Of a DNA stretch of 64,000 bases, positions 12,677 to 25,316 are shown one piece after another. A program made the position numbers and the translations under genes. How positions within the stretch are numbered: position 1 is the stretch's first letter; the number at the start of each line of letters is the position of its first letter. The DNA comes from Malacoraja senta (Eukaryota): contig CM075991.1 in NCBI GenBank assembly GCA_038087875.1, positions 10,604,001 to 10,668,000 of the forward strand. The letters run 5' to 3'. Below the pieces are notes generated by a model. The model saw only the letters and a program-made list of their open reading frames with translations. It was not told the DNA's origin and searched no databases.

Positions 12677-15600
12677 ATAACCATATAACCATATAACCAT
12701 TACAGCACGGAAATAGGCCATCTCGGCCCTTTTTTTTTAAATTTACTTCCCCCTAGTCCCATCTACCTGCACTCAGACCATAACCCTCCATTCCTTTCCC
12801 ACCCATATACCCATCCAATCTATTTTTAAAGGATAAAATCGAACCTGCCTCCACCACTTCCACTGGAAGCTCATTCCACACAGCCACCACTCTCTGAGTA
12901 AAGAAGTTCCCCCTAATGTTACCCCTAAACTTCTGTCCCTTAATTCTCAAGTTATGTCCCCTTGTTTGAATCTTCCCTACTCTCAATGGGAAAAGCTTAT
13001 CCACGTCAACTCTGTCTAACCCGCTCATAATTTTAAAGACCTCTATCAAGTCCCCTCTTAAACTTCTGCGCTCCAAAGAATAAAGACCTAACTTGTTCAA
13101 CCTTTCTCTGTAACTTAGTTGCTGAAACCCAGGAAACATTCTAGTAAATCTCCTCTGTACTCTCTCTATTTTGTTGACATCCTTCCTATAATTAGGCGAC
13201 CAAAATTGTACTCCATACTCCAGAATTGGCCTCACCAATGCCTTGTACAATTTCAACATTACATCCCAACTTCTATATTCAATGCTCTGATTTATAAAGG
13301 CCAGCACACCAAAAGCTTTCTTTACCACCCTATCTACATGAGATTCCACCTTCAGGGAACTATGCACAGTCATTCCTAGATCCCTCTGTTCAACTGCATT
13401 CCTCAATTCGCTACCATTTACCATGTACGTCCTATTTTGATTTGTCCTGCCGAGATGTAGCACCTCACATTTATCAGCATTAAACTCTATCTGCCATCTT
13501 TCAGCCCACTCTTCCAAATGGCCTAAATCTCTCTGTAGACTTTGAAAATCTACTTCATTATCCACAACACCACCTATCTTAGTATCATCTGCATACTTAC
13601 TAATCCAATTTTCCACACCATCATCCAGATCATTGATGTACATGACAAACAACAGTGGACCCAACACCGACTCCTGAGGCACCCCACTAGTCACCGGCCT
13701 CCAACCTGACAAACAGCCATCCACCATTACTCTCTGGCATCTCCCATTCAGCCACTGTTGAATCCATCTTGCTACTCCACCATTAATACCCAACAAATGA
13801 ATCTTCTTAACCAACCTTCCATGAGGAACCTTGTCAAAGGCCTTACTGAAGTCCATATAGACAACATCCACTGCTTTACCCTCATCAATTTCCCTAGTAA
13901 CCTCTTCGAAAAATTCAAGAAGATTAGTCAAACATGACCTTCCAGGCACAACTCCATGTTGACTGTTCCTAATCAGACCCTGCTTATCCAGATGCTTATA
14001 TATATTATCTTTAAGTATCCTTTCCATTAATTTGCCCACCACTGATGTCAAACTAACAGGTCTATAATTGCTAGGTTTACTCTTAGAACCCTTTTTAAAC
14101 AACGGAACAACATGCGCAGTACGCCAATCCTCCGGCACTATTCCCGTTTCTAATGACATTTGAAATATTTCTGTCATAGCCCCTGCTATTTCTACACTAA
14201 CTTATCTCAATATCCTAGGGAATATCCTGTCAGGATCTGGAGACTTATCCGTTTTCATATTTTTCAAAAGTGTCCGCACCTCCTCTTTTTTGCATCTCAT
14301 AGTTTCCATTGCTACTCTGCTTGTTTCCCTTACCTCACATAATTCCATATCCTTCTCCTTCGTGAATACCGAAGAAAAGAAATTGTTCAATATCTCCCCC
14401 ATCTCTTTTGGCTCTGCAGATAGCTGTCCACTCTGACTCTCTAATGGACCAATTTTATTCCTTGTTATCCTTTTGCTATTAATATAGCTGTAGAAACCCT
14501 TTGGATTTACTTTCACCTTACTTGCCAAAGCAACCTCAAATCCTCTTTTAGCTTTTCTCATTTCTTTCTTAATATTCTTTTTACATTCTTTATTTTCCTC
14601 AAGCACCTCATTTACTCTATGCTGCCTATAAATATTGTAGATCTCTCTCTTTTTCCGAACCAAGTGTCCAATTTCCCTTGAAAACCATGGCTCTTTCCAA
14701 TTTTTACTATTTCCTTTCAACCGAACAGGGACATAAAGATTCTGTACTCTTAAAATTTCACCTTTAAATGTCCTCCATTTCTCTTCTACATCCTTCCCAT
14801 AAAACAACATGTCCCAATTCACTCCTTTTAAATCCTTTCGCATCTCCTCAAAGTTAGCCTTTCTCCAATCAAAAATCTCAAACCTAGGTCCAGTTCTGAC
14901 CCTCTCCATAATTATATTGAAACTAATGGTATTGTGATCACTGGACCCGAAGTGCTCCCCGACGCTTACCTCCGCCACCTGCCCTGTCTCATTTCCTAAC
15001 AGGAGGTCCAGCACTGCCCCTTCTCTAGTAGGTACCTCTATGTATTGCTGCAAAAAACTATCCTGCACACATTTTACAAACTCCAAACCATCCAGCCCTT
15101 TTACAGAATGTGTTTCCCAGTCTATGTGTGGAAAATTGAAATCTCCCACAATCACTACCTTGTGCTTACTACTAATATCTGCTATCTCCTTACATATTTG
15201 CTCTTCCAATTCTCGCTCCCCATTTGACGGTCTATAATACACCCCTATAAGTGTTGCTACACCTTTCCCATTTCTCAGTTCCACCCAAATAGCCTCCCTA
15301 GACGAGCCCTCTAATCTATCCTGCCAAAGCACTGCTGTAATACCTTCCTTGACAAGCAATGTAACACCCCCACCTCTTGCCCCTCCAATTCTATCACCCC
15401 TGAAGCAACGAAATCCTGGAATATTTAGTTTCCAATCACAGCCCTCCTGCAACCATGTTTCACTGATCGCCACAACATCATACTTCCAGGTGTCAATCCA
15501 GGCTCTAAGCTCATCCACCTTTCTTACAATGCTTTGAGCATTAAAATATACACATTTAAGAAACCCACCCCCACTTATTCTCTGTTTATTATCTTTTTCT

Positions 15601-15728
15601 TCTTTCTCCCCTACATTTTGGGTCCGAGTGCTTCCCTTCTCTGCCTCCTGCCTCCCACATTTTCTACTAGCTTTCTCTATTTGAGTCCCTCCCCCCAACC
15701 GTTCTAGTTTAAAGTCTCCCCAGTAGAC
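12677..15728 (-). mobile_element. CR1-clade LINE with near-complete ORF2 (APE endonuclease plus RT, YADD), one in-frame stop at 14202-14204, (TTATATGG)n tail; nested in an older plus-strand CR1 fragment
   Basis: ORFs 14202..15698 and 12753..14177 are in the same frame; motifs ISETW, GDFNFP, SDHN, DFSKAFDKV, GVPQES, YADD. Confidence 0.95.
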
Positions 15729-18306
15729 TTGACTGACTGGAGTGGGGACCTCATTGAAACATACAGAATAGTGAAAGGCTTGGATAGAGTGGATGTGGAG
15801 AGGATGTTTCCACTAGTGGGAGAGTCTAGGATTAGAGGTCATAGCCTCGGAATTAAAGGACGTTCTTTTAGGAAGGAGATGAGGAGAATTTTTTTTCGTT
15901 AGGGGGTGGTGAATCTGTGGAATTCTTTGCCATAGATGGCTGTGGAGGCCAAGTCAGTGGATATTTTTAGGGCAGAGATAGATAGATTCTTGATTAGTAC
16001 GGGTGTCAGAAGTTATGGGGTGAAGGCAGGAGAATGGGGTTGGGAGGGAGAGTTAGATCAACCACGATGAATGGCGGAGTAGACTTGATGGGCCGAATGG
16101 CCAAATTCTATTCCCATCACTTGTGACCTCGTGAATGATTCCATGTGCCATAATAAGTGTACAAAGCATCTATATCAGAAGAGTATACACTCTAACTATG
16201 TTCACCGCACAAGTGCACTGGGTCTCCCTGCACAATACTCTGCTGTGTTTCTGAATAATCCCAGCGTAAATAATAAATAAAATAATCCCACTGTAAGGAG
16301 TTTGCACGTTCTCCCCGTGGCCACGTGTGTTTTCTCCGGGTGCTCCGGTCTCCGTGCAGATCCTAAAGACGTCCCAGGTTAGTAGGTTAATTGGCTTTGG
16401 TAAAATTGTGAAATTGTCCCTAGTGTACAGGATAGTGCTAGTATTCGGGGTGATCGCTGGTCGGTGTGGGCCCGAAGGGCCTGTTTCCACGCTGGGTCTC
16501 CGAAGTAAAGTGTAAAATAAATACTTTATTGTAGCATGGAGGAAAACATTTTGTTAACATGGTGAACTAATTAAAACATAGGCAGGAAAGAAAATTGAAA
16601 CATTTGCATGATGAGGGTTTGATGACACTGGGCCTCTACTCGCTGAAGAATGAGGGGGGACCTCATTGAAACATAGAGAATAGTGAAAGGCCTGGATAGA
16701 GTGGAGGTGGAGAGGATGTTTCCACTAGTGGGAGAGTCTAGGACTGGAGGTCACAGCAGCACACGGGCAAATTCATGTTAATCAGCTAATATTAAATTCT
16801 TTAGGTTTGATTTTTATTGCTCCGGGTGCTCCAGTTTCCACCCACATCCCCGAGACGTGCAGCCTTGTAGGTTAATTCATCCTCTGTAAATTGCCCCTTG
16901 TGTGTAGGATAGAACCAGTGTACCGGTGATCGCTGGCCAGCATGGACTCGGTGGGCCGAAGGGCCTATTCTCACGCTGCATCTCTATGTATTTGTATCTC
17001 TTGAGCCGCAGCGTGAGGTTGAAATGCAGCTACCCCAAATTCAGCCGTGAAACCTGTCCAGCAGGGTCGAGTTGGGCCGAAGGGCCTGTTAAACAACAGT
17101 GCTTGCAATTAAACAGCAAACTACTATTGATTCAGGAAATCAGAAATAAATGCAGAAAATAATGAAAATAGCTGGCAGGTCAGGCAGCACCTGTAGGGGG
17201 AGAATAATAGTTAATGTTTCTGGGCGTCAGCCTGAAATGTTCAATCTATTTTTCTCTCCGCGGTCGTTGGTCTTAGTTTATACGTTCATTTGACAGGAGC
17301 AGAATTAGGCCATTCGGCCCATCTGGTCTACTGGCCATTCAATCGTGGCTGATCTCTCCCTCTGAACCCCATTCTCCTGCCTTCTCCCCATAACCCCTGA
17401 CACCCGTACTAATCAAGAATCTATCAAAATATCCTTAACAAAAACGTTTAAAATATCCAGTGACGGCCTCCACAGCCTCCTGTGGCAATGGGTCACACAC
17501 ATTCACCACCTACTAATGAAATTCCTCCTCATCTCCTTCCTAAAGGACCGTCCTTTAATTCTGAGGCTGTGACCTCTGGTCCTAGACTGTCCCACTAGTG
17601 GTAACATCCTCTCCACATCCACTCTTTCACTATTCACCTTCGTTCATTTGTCCTCTGGAATTAACAGGGATCACTGGTGGCGTTGTTTGTAACGGCAGTA
17701 AAGTGACGCAGCTGGTAGATCTGCTTCCTCACAGTGCCAGAGATCCCAGGTGCAATTCCGACCTCGGGTGCTGTCTGTGTGGAGTTTGCACGTTCTCCCC
17801 TGAGACCGCGTTGGTTTTGTCCGGCCTCTCTAAAATCCCCCCCCCCCCAAGTGAATGGAACTTCTTCGTCTTGTCGAGTCCACACACAAGATTAGAAGTT
17901 GTTCGGCCAGCGCTGAACACACTTCTCGGCATCTGCGTACAATGGTGTCTGTCTTGTCGCTTCTTGCGCTTGGCGGTGGAAAGATTGGTGGAAACAGGGC
18001 CGTGACGTGAACGCTCTTTCCTTGACCCCAGTGAACGAATGAGAAAGTGGGATAACATAGAACAAGTTAACGGGTGATCGATGGTCGGTGTGGTCTCGCT
18101 GGGCCTGTTTCCATCGCTAACCTAATGCTTATCTAAGATGTATTCTAGTGCTTATGTCTAGTGATACGTACTGGTCTGTGTACAAACATGAATTCCTCTG
18201 TATCTCGATGCACATGACAAATAAAATACCATTACCATTAAGAGATGAAACATTGGCTGTAATATTGCAAAGTGTTCACTATTAGTGTTGTTTTTTTTTC
18301 CATCAG

Positions 18307-18396
18307 GAAGATTTACTAAAGGATAGACTGCAGACCTTAGCCACCGAAGTCGCCCCACTCTACAAGCAGCTTGCTCCCCAATCCTTCAGCAATCAG
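18307..18396 (+). CDS. TET3: TET3 coding exon ([30 protein letters not shown]), not in the ORF track
   Basis: Polypyrimidine tract plus catcag acceptor, gtaaat donor; 90 nt; [10 protein letters not shown] motif translated by hand. Confidence 0.93.
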
Positions 18397-19831
18397 GTAA
18401 ATCAAAGCCCACCTCTATAATGGTTGCCTATTTCCTTCGCTCCATAGATGCTGCTGCACCCGCGGAGTTTCTCCAGCATTTTTGTGTACCCACCTCTATA
18501 ATGTTTAGCAGCGCTATGAGATTAGATTACTCTTGCACTGCCAGAGTAGCATGGCTAGTAAAAACCCCGATTAATTCAGACCTAGTCTGAAGGGGGGGTC
18601 TCGTCCCGAAACATCACCTCTCCATGTTCTCCAGAGATGCGGTCTCTGGCGCTGTAAGGCAGCAACTCACCTGCTGCGCCACCACTTGTGTTGAAGTGTT
18701 GAAGACCTTTATTTAGACAATAGACAATAGGTGCAGGAGTAGGCCATTCGGCCCTTCGAGCCAGCACCGCCATTCAATGTGATCATGGCTGATCATCCCC
18801 AATCAGTACCCCGTTCCTGCCTTCTCCCCATATCCCCTGAATCCGCTATTTAGCTCACTATTGAAAGCATCCAGAGAACCTGTCTCCACCGCCCTCTGAG
18901 GCAGAGAATTCCACAGACTCACCACTCTCTGTGAGAAAAAGTGTTTCCTCGTCTCCGTTCTAAATGGCTTACCCCTTATTCTTAAACTGTGGCCCCTGTA
19001 TTTAATTTAGGAATCCAGCAACATGGGAAAACATTAATTCAATGTCGCTGATTGTTCAATTAATAGGTCCACTAATAAATAACAGCTAAGCAACAATGTG
19101 TGAAATATGAATGCAATGTTGATAAGAAAGGTCATATAATAAGAGAGACACTGCTGCATAATTCACTGTCTTTGTAGATCGCCAATGAACAGTTCATGCC
19201 TCGAGGGTCTGGGCTGCAGGGAGAGGTTGGGCAGAGAGGTTGACCTTATTCCTTGGAGCGCAGTAGGATGAGGGGTGACCTTATGGAGGCGTATAAAATC
19301 ATGAGGGGGATTTCTAGATAGAGCTTTCAAGAGAGAGCTAGATCGGGCTCTTAAAAATAGCGGTCAGGGGATATGGGGAGAATGCAGGAACGGGGTACTG
19401 ATTGGGGATGATCAGCCATTGGGTGCTGGCTCAAAGGGCCAAATGGCCTGCTTCTGCACCTATTGTCTATTGTCTATTGTCTGTCTATTGGAATAGATGG
19501 GGTGAATGTAGAGTCTTTTTCTTAGGGTCGGGGAATCAAGAACCAGAGGACATAAGTTTAAGGTGAGAGGGGAAAGATTTGATAGGAAGCTGAGGGCGAA
19601 ACGTTGTCACTCAGAGAGTGGTGGGCATATGGATAAATAGAACTAGCTGCCAGATGAGGTAGTTGAGGCAGGAACTATAACGAACACTTGGACAGGTGCA
19701 TGGATAGGAAAAGGTTTAGAGGGCCAAGGTCCAAAGGCATGCAAATGGGAGTAAATTAGATAGGACTTCTTGGTCGCCATTAACAAGTTGGACCGAAGGC
19801 CCTGTTTCCGTGCTGTATGATTCTAAGCATG

Positions 19832-20120
19832 GTTTAGTTTAGAGATACAGCGCGGAAACAAGCCCTTCGGCCCCACCAAGTCCACGCCGACCAGCGATCC
19901 CCGCACATTAACACTATCCTACACAATTTACACTTATACCAAGCCAATTAACCTACAAACCTGTACGTCTTTGGAGTGTGGGAGGAAACCGGAGATCTCG
20001 GGGGAAAACCCACGCAGGTCACGGGGAGAACGTGGACAAACTAGGTACCGGTAGTCACGATCAAACCCGGGTCTCCGGCGCTGCACGGCAGCAACTCGAC
20101 CGCTGCGCCTCCGTGCCGCC
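19832..20120 (-). mobile_element. V-SINE copy ending about 50 nt before the HxD exon
   Basis: Reverse complement of the same SINE. Confidence 0.8.
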
Positions 20121-20172
20121 CGCAAAGCGAGCGTGATAACAATGTAAATAGAGAACTGTTGTGTCTTTGCAG

Positions 20173-20310
20173 ATCACCAACGAACAGTTAGCCCCAGACT
20201 GCAGACTGGGGAAGCAAGAAGGGAAACCGTTTTCAGGAGTGACTGCGTGTATGGACTTCTGCGCGCACGCTCACAAGGACCAGCATAACATGTACAATGG
20301 CTGCACTGTG
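20173..20310 (+). CDS. TET3: TET3 coding exon with the Fe(II)-binding HxD motif ([13 protein letters not shown]...[21 protein letters not shown])
   Basis: tttgcag and gtatgt boundaries; 138 nt; DFCAHAHKD motif. Confidence 0.96.
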
Positions 20311-20719
20311 GTATGTAGTCCCACGCCAAACCCCAAACTCATTCCGTCTATCGCTCAGGCCGAACTTTCAATCATCTTCTCAAATTAAATGTATACATTT
20401 CTGACTGAGTCAAAACTCCAGTTTTTGTGGCACTGTCAGTAACACCAGTTAATGAAACTCTACACACAAAAAAGGCCTGCAGATGCTGGAAATCCAAAAT
20501 AAATTCAGACGAAGCGTCCATTTGTTCCTCTTTCCACAGATGCTGCCTGACCTGCTGGGTGTTTTCCAGCATTTTCTGTTTATATTGTGATTATGTTAGT
20601 TATCAGTGAACTAGTGGGTTGGGGACTTGAATCTCTGCTTAACCTCAGTTGTGAATGATTGGTTCGAAGATACCTCCATGTGTTTGAAATGTCTGGTGGG
20701 TTTCAGCCACTTTCTGCAG

Positions 20720-21115
20720 ATAACAGAGAAGATTGTTAAGGGTTTGGACACGCTAGAGGCAGGAAACATGTTCCCGATGTTGGGGGAGTCCAGAACCAGG
20801 GGCCACACAGTTTAGGAATAAGGAGTAAGCCATTTAGAACGGAGACGAGGAAACACTTTTTCTCACAGAGAGTGGTGAGTCTGTGGAATTCTCTGCCTCA
20901 GAGAATTCCACAGACTCACCACTCAGAGGCTGGTTCTCTGGATGCTTTCAAGAGAGAGCTAGATAGGGCTCTTAAAGATAGCAGAGTCAGGGGATATGGG
21001 GAGAAGGCAGGAATGGGTTACTGATTGGGGATGATCAGCCATGATCACATTGAATGGCGGTGCTGGCTCGAATGGCCGAATGGCCTGCTCCTGCACCTAT
21101 TGTCTATTGTCTATC
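20720..21115 (+). mobile_element. CR1 3' fragment with (TATTGTC)n tail; related copies at about 18715-18998(-), 19315-19490(+), 24680-25190(-), 55190-55610(+), 57030-57270(-)
   Basis: Shared GESRTRGHSLRI and FSQRVV..WNSLPQ coding remnant and common 3'UTR. Confidence 0.8.
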
Positions 21116-21271
21116 GTCTTAACCGAACAGTGCCTGTCGTTCTAATAGGGACCACAGGTTAGGGCATGAAACAGAACACAGGACAAGGTACTGAAAAAAA
21201 GGTCCCAACCCGAAACGTCACCTATATATTTTCTCACGAGATACTGCCTGACCCTCTGAGGTACTTCAGCA

Positions 21272-21575
21272 CTTTAGACTTTAGAGAAACAGCGTGGAAA
21301 CAGAGCCTTTGGTCCACCGAGTCCACGCCGACCAGAAATCACCCAGTATGCCCACACTGCCCTACACACCAGGGACAAAGTACACTTTACAGAGAAGCCA
21401 ATTAACCTACACCCTGTACGTCCGTGGGATGTAAGAGGAAACCGGAGCATCCGGAGAAAACCCAGACGGTCACAGGGGGGATGTGCAAACTCCGTACAGA
21501 CAGCACCTGTTGTCAGGATTGAACCCGGGTCTCTTGCGCTGTCAGGCAGCAACTCTACCGTTGCGCCACTGTCCT
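21272..21575 (-). mobile_element. V-SINE copy
   Basis: Reverse complement of the same SINE. Confidence 0.75.
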
Positions 21576-21732
21576 GCTACTCATTTATTCTTACAATCCG
21601 GGTTGATAATTGCGTGAAAATATTGCATCATTAATGCCCTTGGGGGTTGTCCGGTTGGCACTAGTATGTGAATGACCATGAAAACAACCTTTAGAAGTAA
21701 GGTTTGGAAGCAGAGGAGCGTCACACAAATTA

Positions 21733-22099
21733 AAGAAGATAGACACAAAATGCTGGAGTAACTCAGCGGGACAGGCAGCATCTCTGGAGAGAAGGAATGG
21801 GTGACGGTTTGGGTCGATACCCTTCTTCACACTGGTTAGGGAAAAGGGAAATGAGAGATATTGTGGAGAGATAAAGAACAATGAATGAAAGATATGCAAA
21901 AAAGTATATTGTTCTTTATCTCTCCACATCACTGACTATATCTCTCGTTTCCCTTATTCCTAACCAGTCTGAAGAAGGGTCTCGACCCGAAACGTCACCC
22001 ATTCCTTCTCTCCAGAGATGCTGCCTGTCCCGCCTGGTTACTCCAGCTTTCTGTGTCTGTCTTCGGTTTAAACCAGCATCTGCAGTTCCTTCTAACACA
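21733..22099. mobile_element. Large palindromic Penelope-pLTR-derived insert with 12-bp TSD TCACACAAATTA
   Basis: Inverted arms of about 150 bp; direct repeats at 21721-21732 and 22100-22111. Confidence 0.8.
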
Positions 22100-23840
22100 T
22101 CACACAAATTAGGACTGATCTTTCACCTCCTCCAAAGATGAAATCGGGCCATTGGATGCAGTACAACTTCACAGCTGAGATTCACAATACAACACTGCCA
22201 CATGCTGACAAATGTCGGTACTGCAATGGCCGTATCTTCATAATTCCTCTTGCGGAAGAAATAAAATCCGAAGATTGACACAAAAAGCTGGAGTAACTCA
22301 GCGGGACAGGCAGCATCTCTGGAGAGAAGGAATGGGCGACGTTTCGGGTCGAGACCCTTCTTCAGACTTGGTCTTCAGTCTTATAGTGCATAGCAAAGAT
22401 GGCCCGTAACTAAGCAATTCAATTTTGGTCGCGTGTATTGGGCACACAACCTCTCCAATTACTCAGAAGCTGAAGAAGGGTTTCGGCCCGAAACGTTGCC
22501 TATTTCCTTCGCTCCATAGATGCTGCTGCACCCGCTGAGTTTCTCCAGCATTTTTGTGTACCTTCGATTTTCCAGCATCTGCAGTCCCTTCTTTAACACT
22601 CTCCAATTACTCATGTGGCCAGCATACACATTATATCTCACATTTCTCCTAGTCTGAAGAAGGGTCTCGACCCGAAACATCACCCATTCCTTCTCTCCAG
22701 AGATGCTGCCTGTCCCGCCGAGTTACTCCAGCATTTTGTGTCTCTCTTCGATTTAAACCAGCATCTGCAGTTCCTTCCTACACATTCCCTTACCAGGTTT
22801 CTATACACTGTAAATGGCTCGATTGTAATCATGTTTTGTCTTTCTGCCGACTGGAACAAAAAGCTTTTCACTGTACCTCGGTATACGTGACAATAAACGA
22901 AACTGAACAGAACTCATCAAGTGAGAGCTGCATCTATATAGCGCCTCGACCACAAGGGGACATGGCACAGTGTTGCTCGAGTGTAACATCGCGCAGGAAT
23001 GATATCAAGGCACAAAAGCTCTTCATTGTACCATGGTACATGTGACCATAATAACCCTCCTATACCTAAACAAACTGCTTCAGACCCTACTACCCAACCA
23101 GCAAACTTCCATTCAAACTGATAAGGTGATTGAAACTCATAGGGTGCCAGGTGTTAATGGGGAGAAGGCTGGAGAATGGGGTTCAAAGGGAAAAATAGAT
23201 CAGCCACGATTGAATGGCGGAGTAGACTTGATGGGCCGAATGGCCTAATTCTGCTCCTCCCACTTATGAACTTTCAAGATAGAAATGGAAGTGAAAACAG
23301 TCAATGCTGGAAATGGAGCCAACGTTTCAGTTTAGTGACGTTACTACGTACTATTGGGGATGGATTAAAAACAGATCCTTCATTTTCACAATTGGGACTC
23401 ACTCACCCTCCCCAGTTACGTATTTACAAAGACTTCAGTTAAAATGCAAACGCTGACCTGTGCAAATGCAACTATTTAAATAATTTAGCGCTGAGCGCAA
23501 ATGATAGCACTTAGCCATGCAAATAAACTACATGTTAAAGTTAATGATTAAATTAAATAACTTTGGGGGAGGGAGAGTCTGGAGAATGGTCCCGACCAGA
23601 AACATTGCCTATCCACTATCTCCACAGATGCTGCCAGACCTGCAGGTTATGTTCATAAGTTCTAGAGGCAGAATTAGACCGGTCCTTTCGGGTCGAGACC
23701 CTTCTTCAGACTGCAGAATCTGCCTATCTTTGGTTTAAACCAGCATCTGCTGTTCCTTCCCAACCACTCCCCTTTCTTTTACTCCATTTCTATCTCATGT
23801 TGCCACAGCAAGGCCAGCAGCATAATTCAGTCTGAAGAAG

Positions 23841-24370
23841 GGTGTCACGGTGGCCCAGCGGTAGAGTTGCTGCCTTACAGCGCTTGCAGCGCTGGAGACC
23901 AAGGTTCGATCCCGACTACGGGTGCTGTCTGTACGGAGTTTGTATGTTCACCCCGTGACCTGCATGGGTTTTCTCCGAGATCTTCGGTTTCCTCCCACAC
24001 TCCAAAGACGTACAGATTTGTAGGTTAATTGGCTTTGTAAACGTTAAAAATTGTCCCTCGGTACACAAAAATGCTGGAGAAACTCAGCGGGTGCAGCAGC
24101 ATCTATGGAGCGAAGGAGATAGGCAACGTTTCGGGCCGAAACCCTTCTTCAGAGCCCGAAACGTTGCCTATCTCCTTCGCTCCATAGATGCTGCTGCACC
24201 CGCTGAGTTTCTCCAGCATTTTTGTCTACCTTCGATTTTCCAGCATCTGCAGTTCCTTCTTAAAAATTGTCCCTAGTGTGTGGAGGAAAGTGTTAGTGTG
24301 TGGGGATCGCTGGCCGGCGTGGACCTGGTGGGCCGAAGGGCCTGTTCCTGCGCTGTATCGCTAAACTAAG
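23841..24370 (+). mobile_element. V-SINE interrupted by a palindromic Penelope-derived insert
   Basis: SINE halves flank the insert, with ttaaaaattgtccct duplicated. Confidence 0.8.
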
Positions 24371-25316
24371 CCAAACCAAAGAAGGGTCTCGACCCGAAAC
24401 GTCACCTGGTCCTTTTCTCCGGAGATGCTGCCTGACCTGTGCGTTACTCCGGCTTGTGTGTTTATCTTCGATGGAAGGGAGGGAGGTTGGTTTGTGTGGT
24501 GGTCTGGGCTGCGTCCTGAGAGTTTGGGGTCCAAAGGCAGGATTGGGAGCGCCCTGGGCGATTTCCGGGACCGCTGGGTACCGCGGGGGGTGGAATGCGT
24601 CCTCAATAAGGATGGTGATATAGTTGTATCATAGTTTATTTGTATTATTTGTTTGACCTGTATCATGGTGGCAGGTTTTAGACAATAGACAATAGACAAT
24701 AGGTGCAGGAGTAGGCCATTTGGCCCTTCGAGCCAGCTCCGCCATTCAATGTGAACAGTACCCCGTTCCTGTCTTCTCCCCATATCCCCTGACTCAACCG
24801 TCCTCCACCGCCCTCTGAGGCAGAGAACTCCACAGACTCACCACTCTCTGTGAGAAAAAGTGTTTCCTCGTCTCCGTTCTAAATGACTTACTCCTTATTC
24901 TTAAACTGTGGCCCCTGGTTCTGGACTCCCCCCCCAACATCGGGAACATGTTGTTTAAGAAGGAACTGCAGGTGCTGGAAAATCGAAGGTAGACAAAAGT
25001 GCTGGAGAAACTCAGCGGGTGCAGCAGCATCTATGGAGCACAGTTTGAAGAAGGGTTTCATCCCGAAACGTCGCCTATTTCCTTCGCTCCATAGATGCTG
25101 CTGCACCCGCTGAGTTTCTCCAGCACTTTTGCCTATCTATCGGGAACATGTTTCCTGCCTCTAGTGTGTCCAAGCCCTTAACAATCTTATATTTCAATTC
25201 ATGTTTTTTTCCGATTTATTTTCGAACTGTACATATTATGGTAAAAAATTATTTTTGGTGAAACAAAAAAAAAGAGCGGATTGCCTGGCGTAACGGGTCG
25301 GCGTGTGTGCCCGCAG

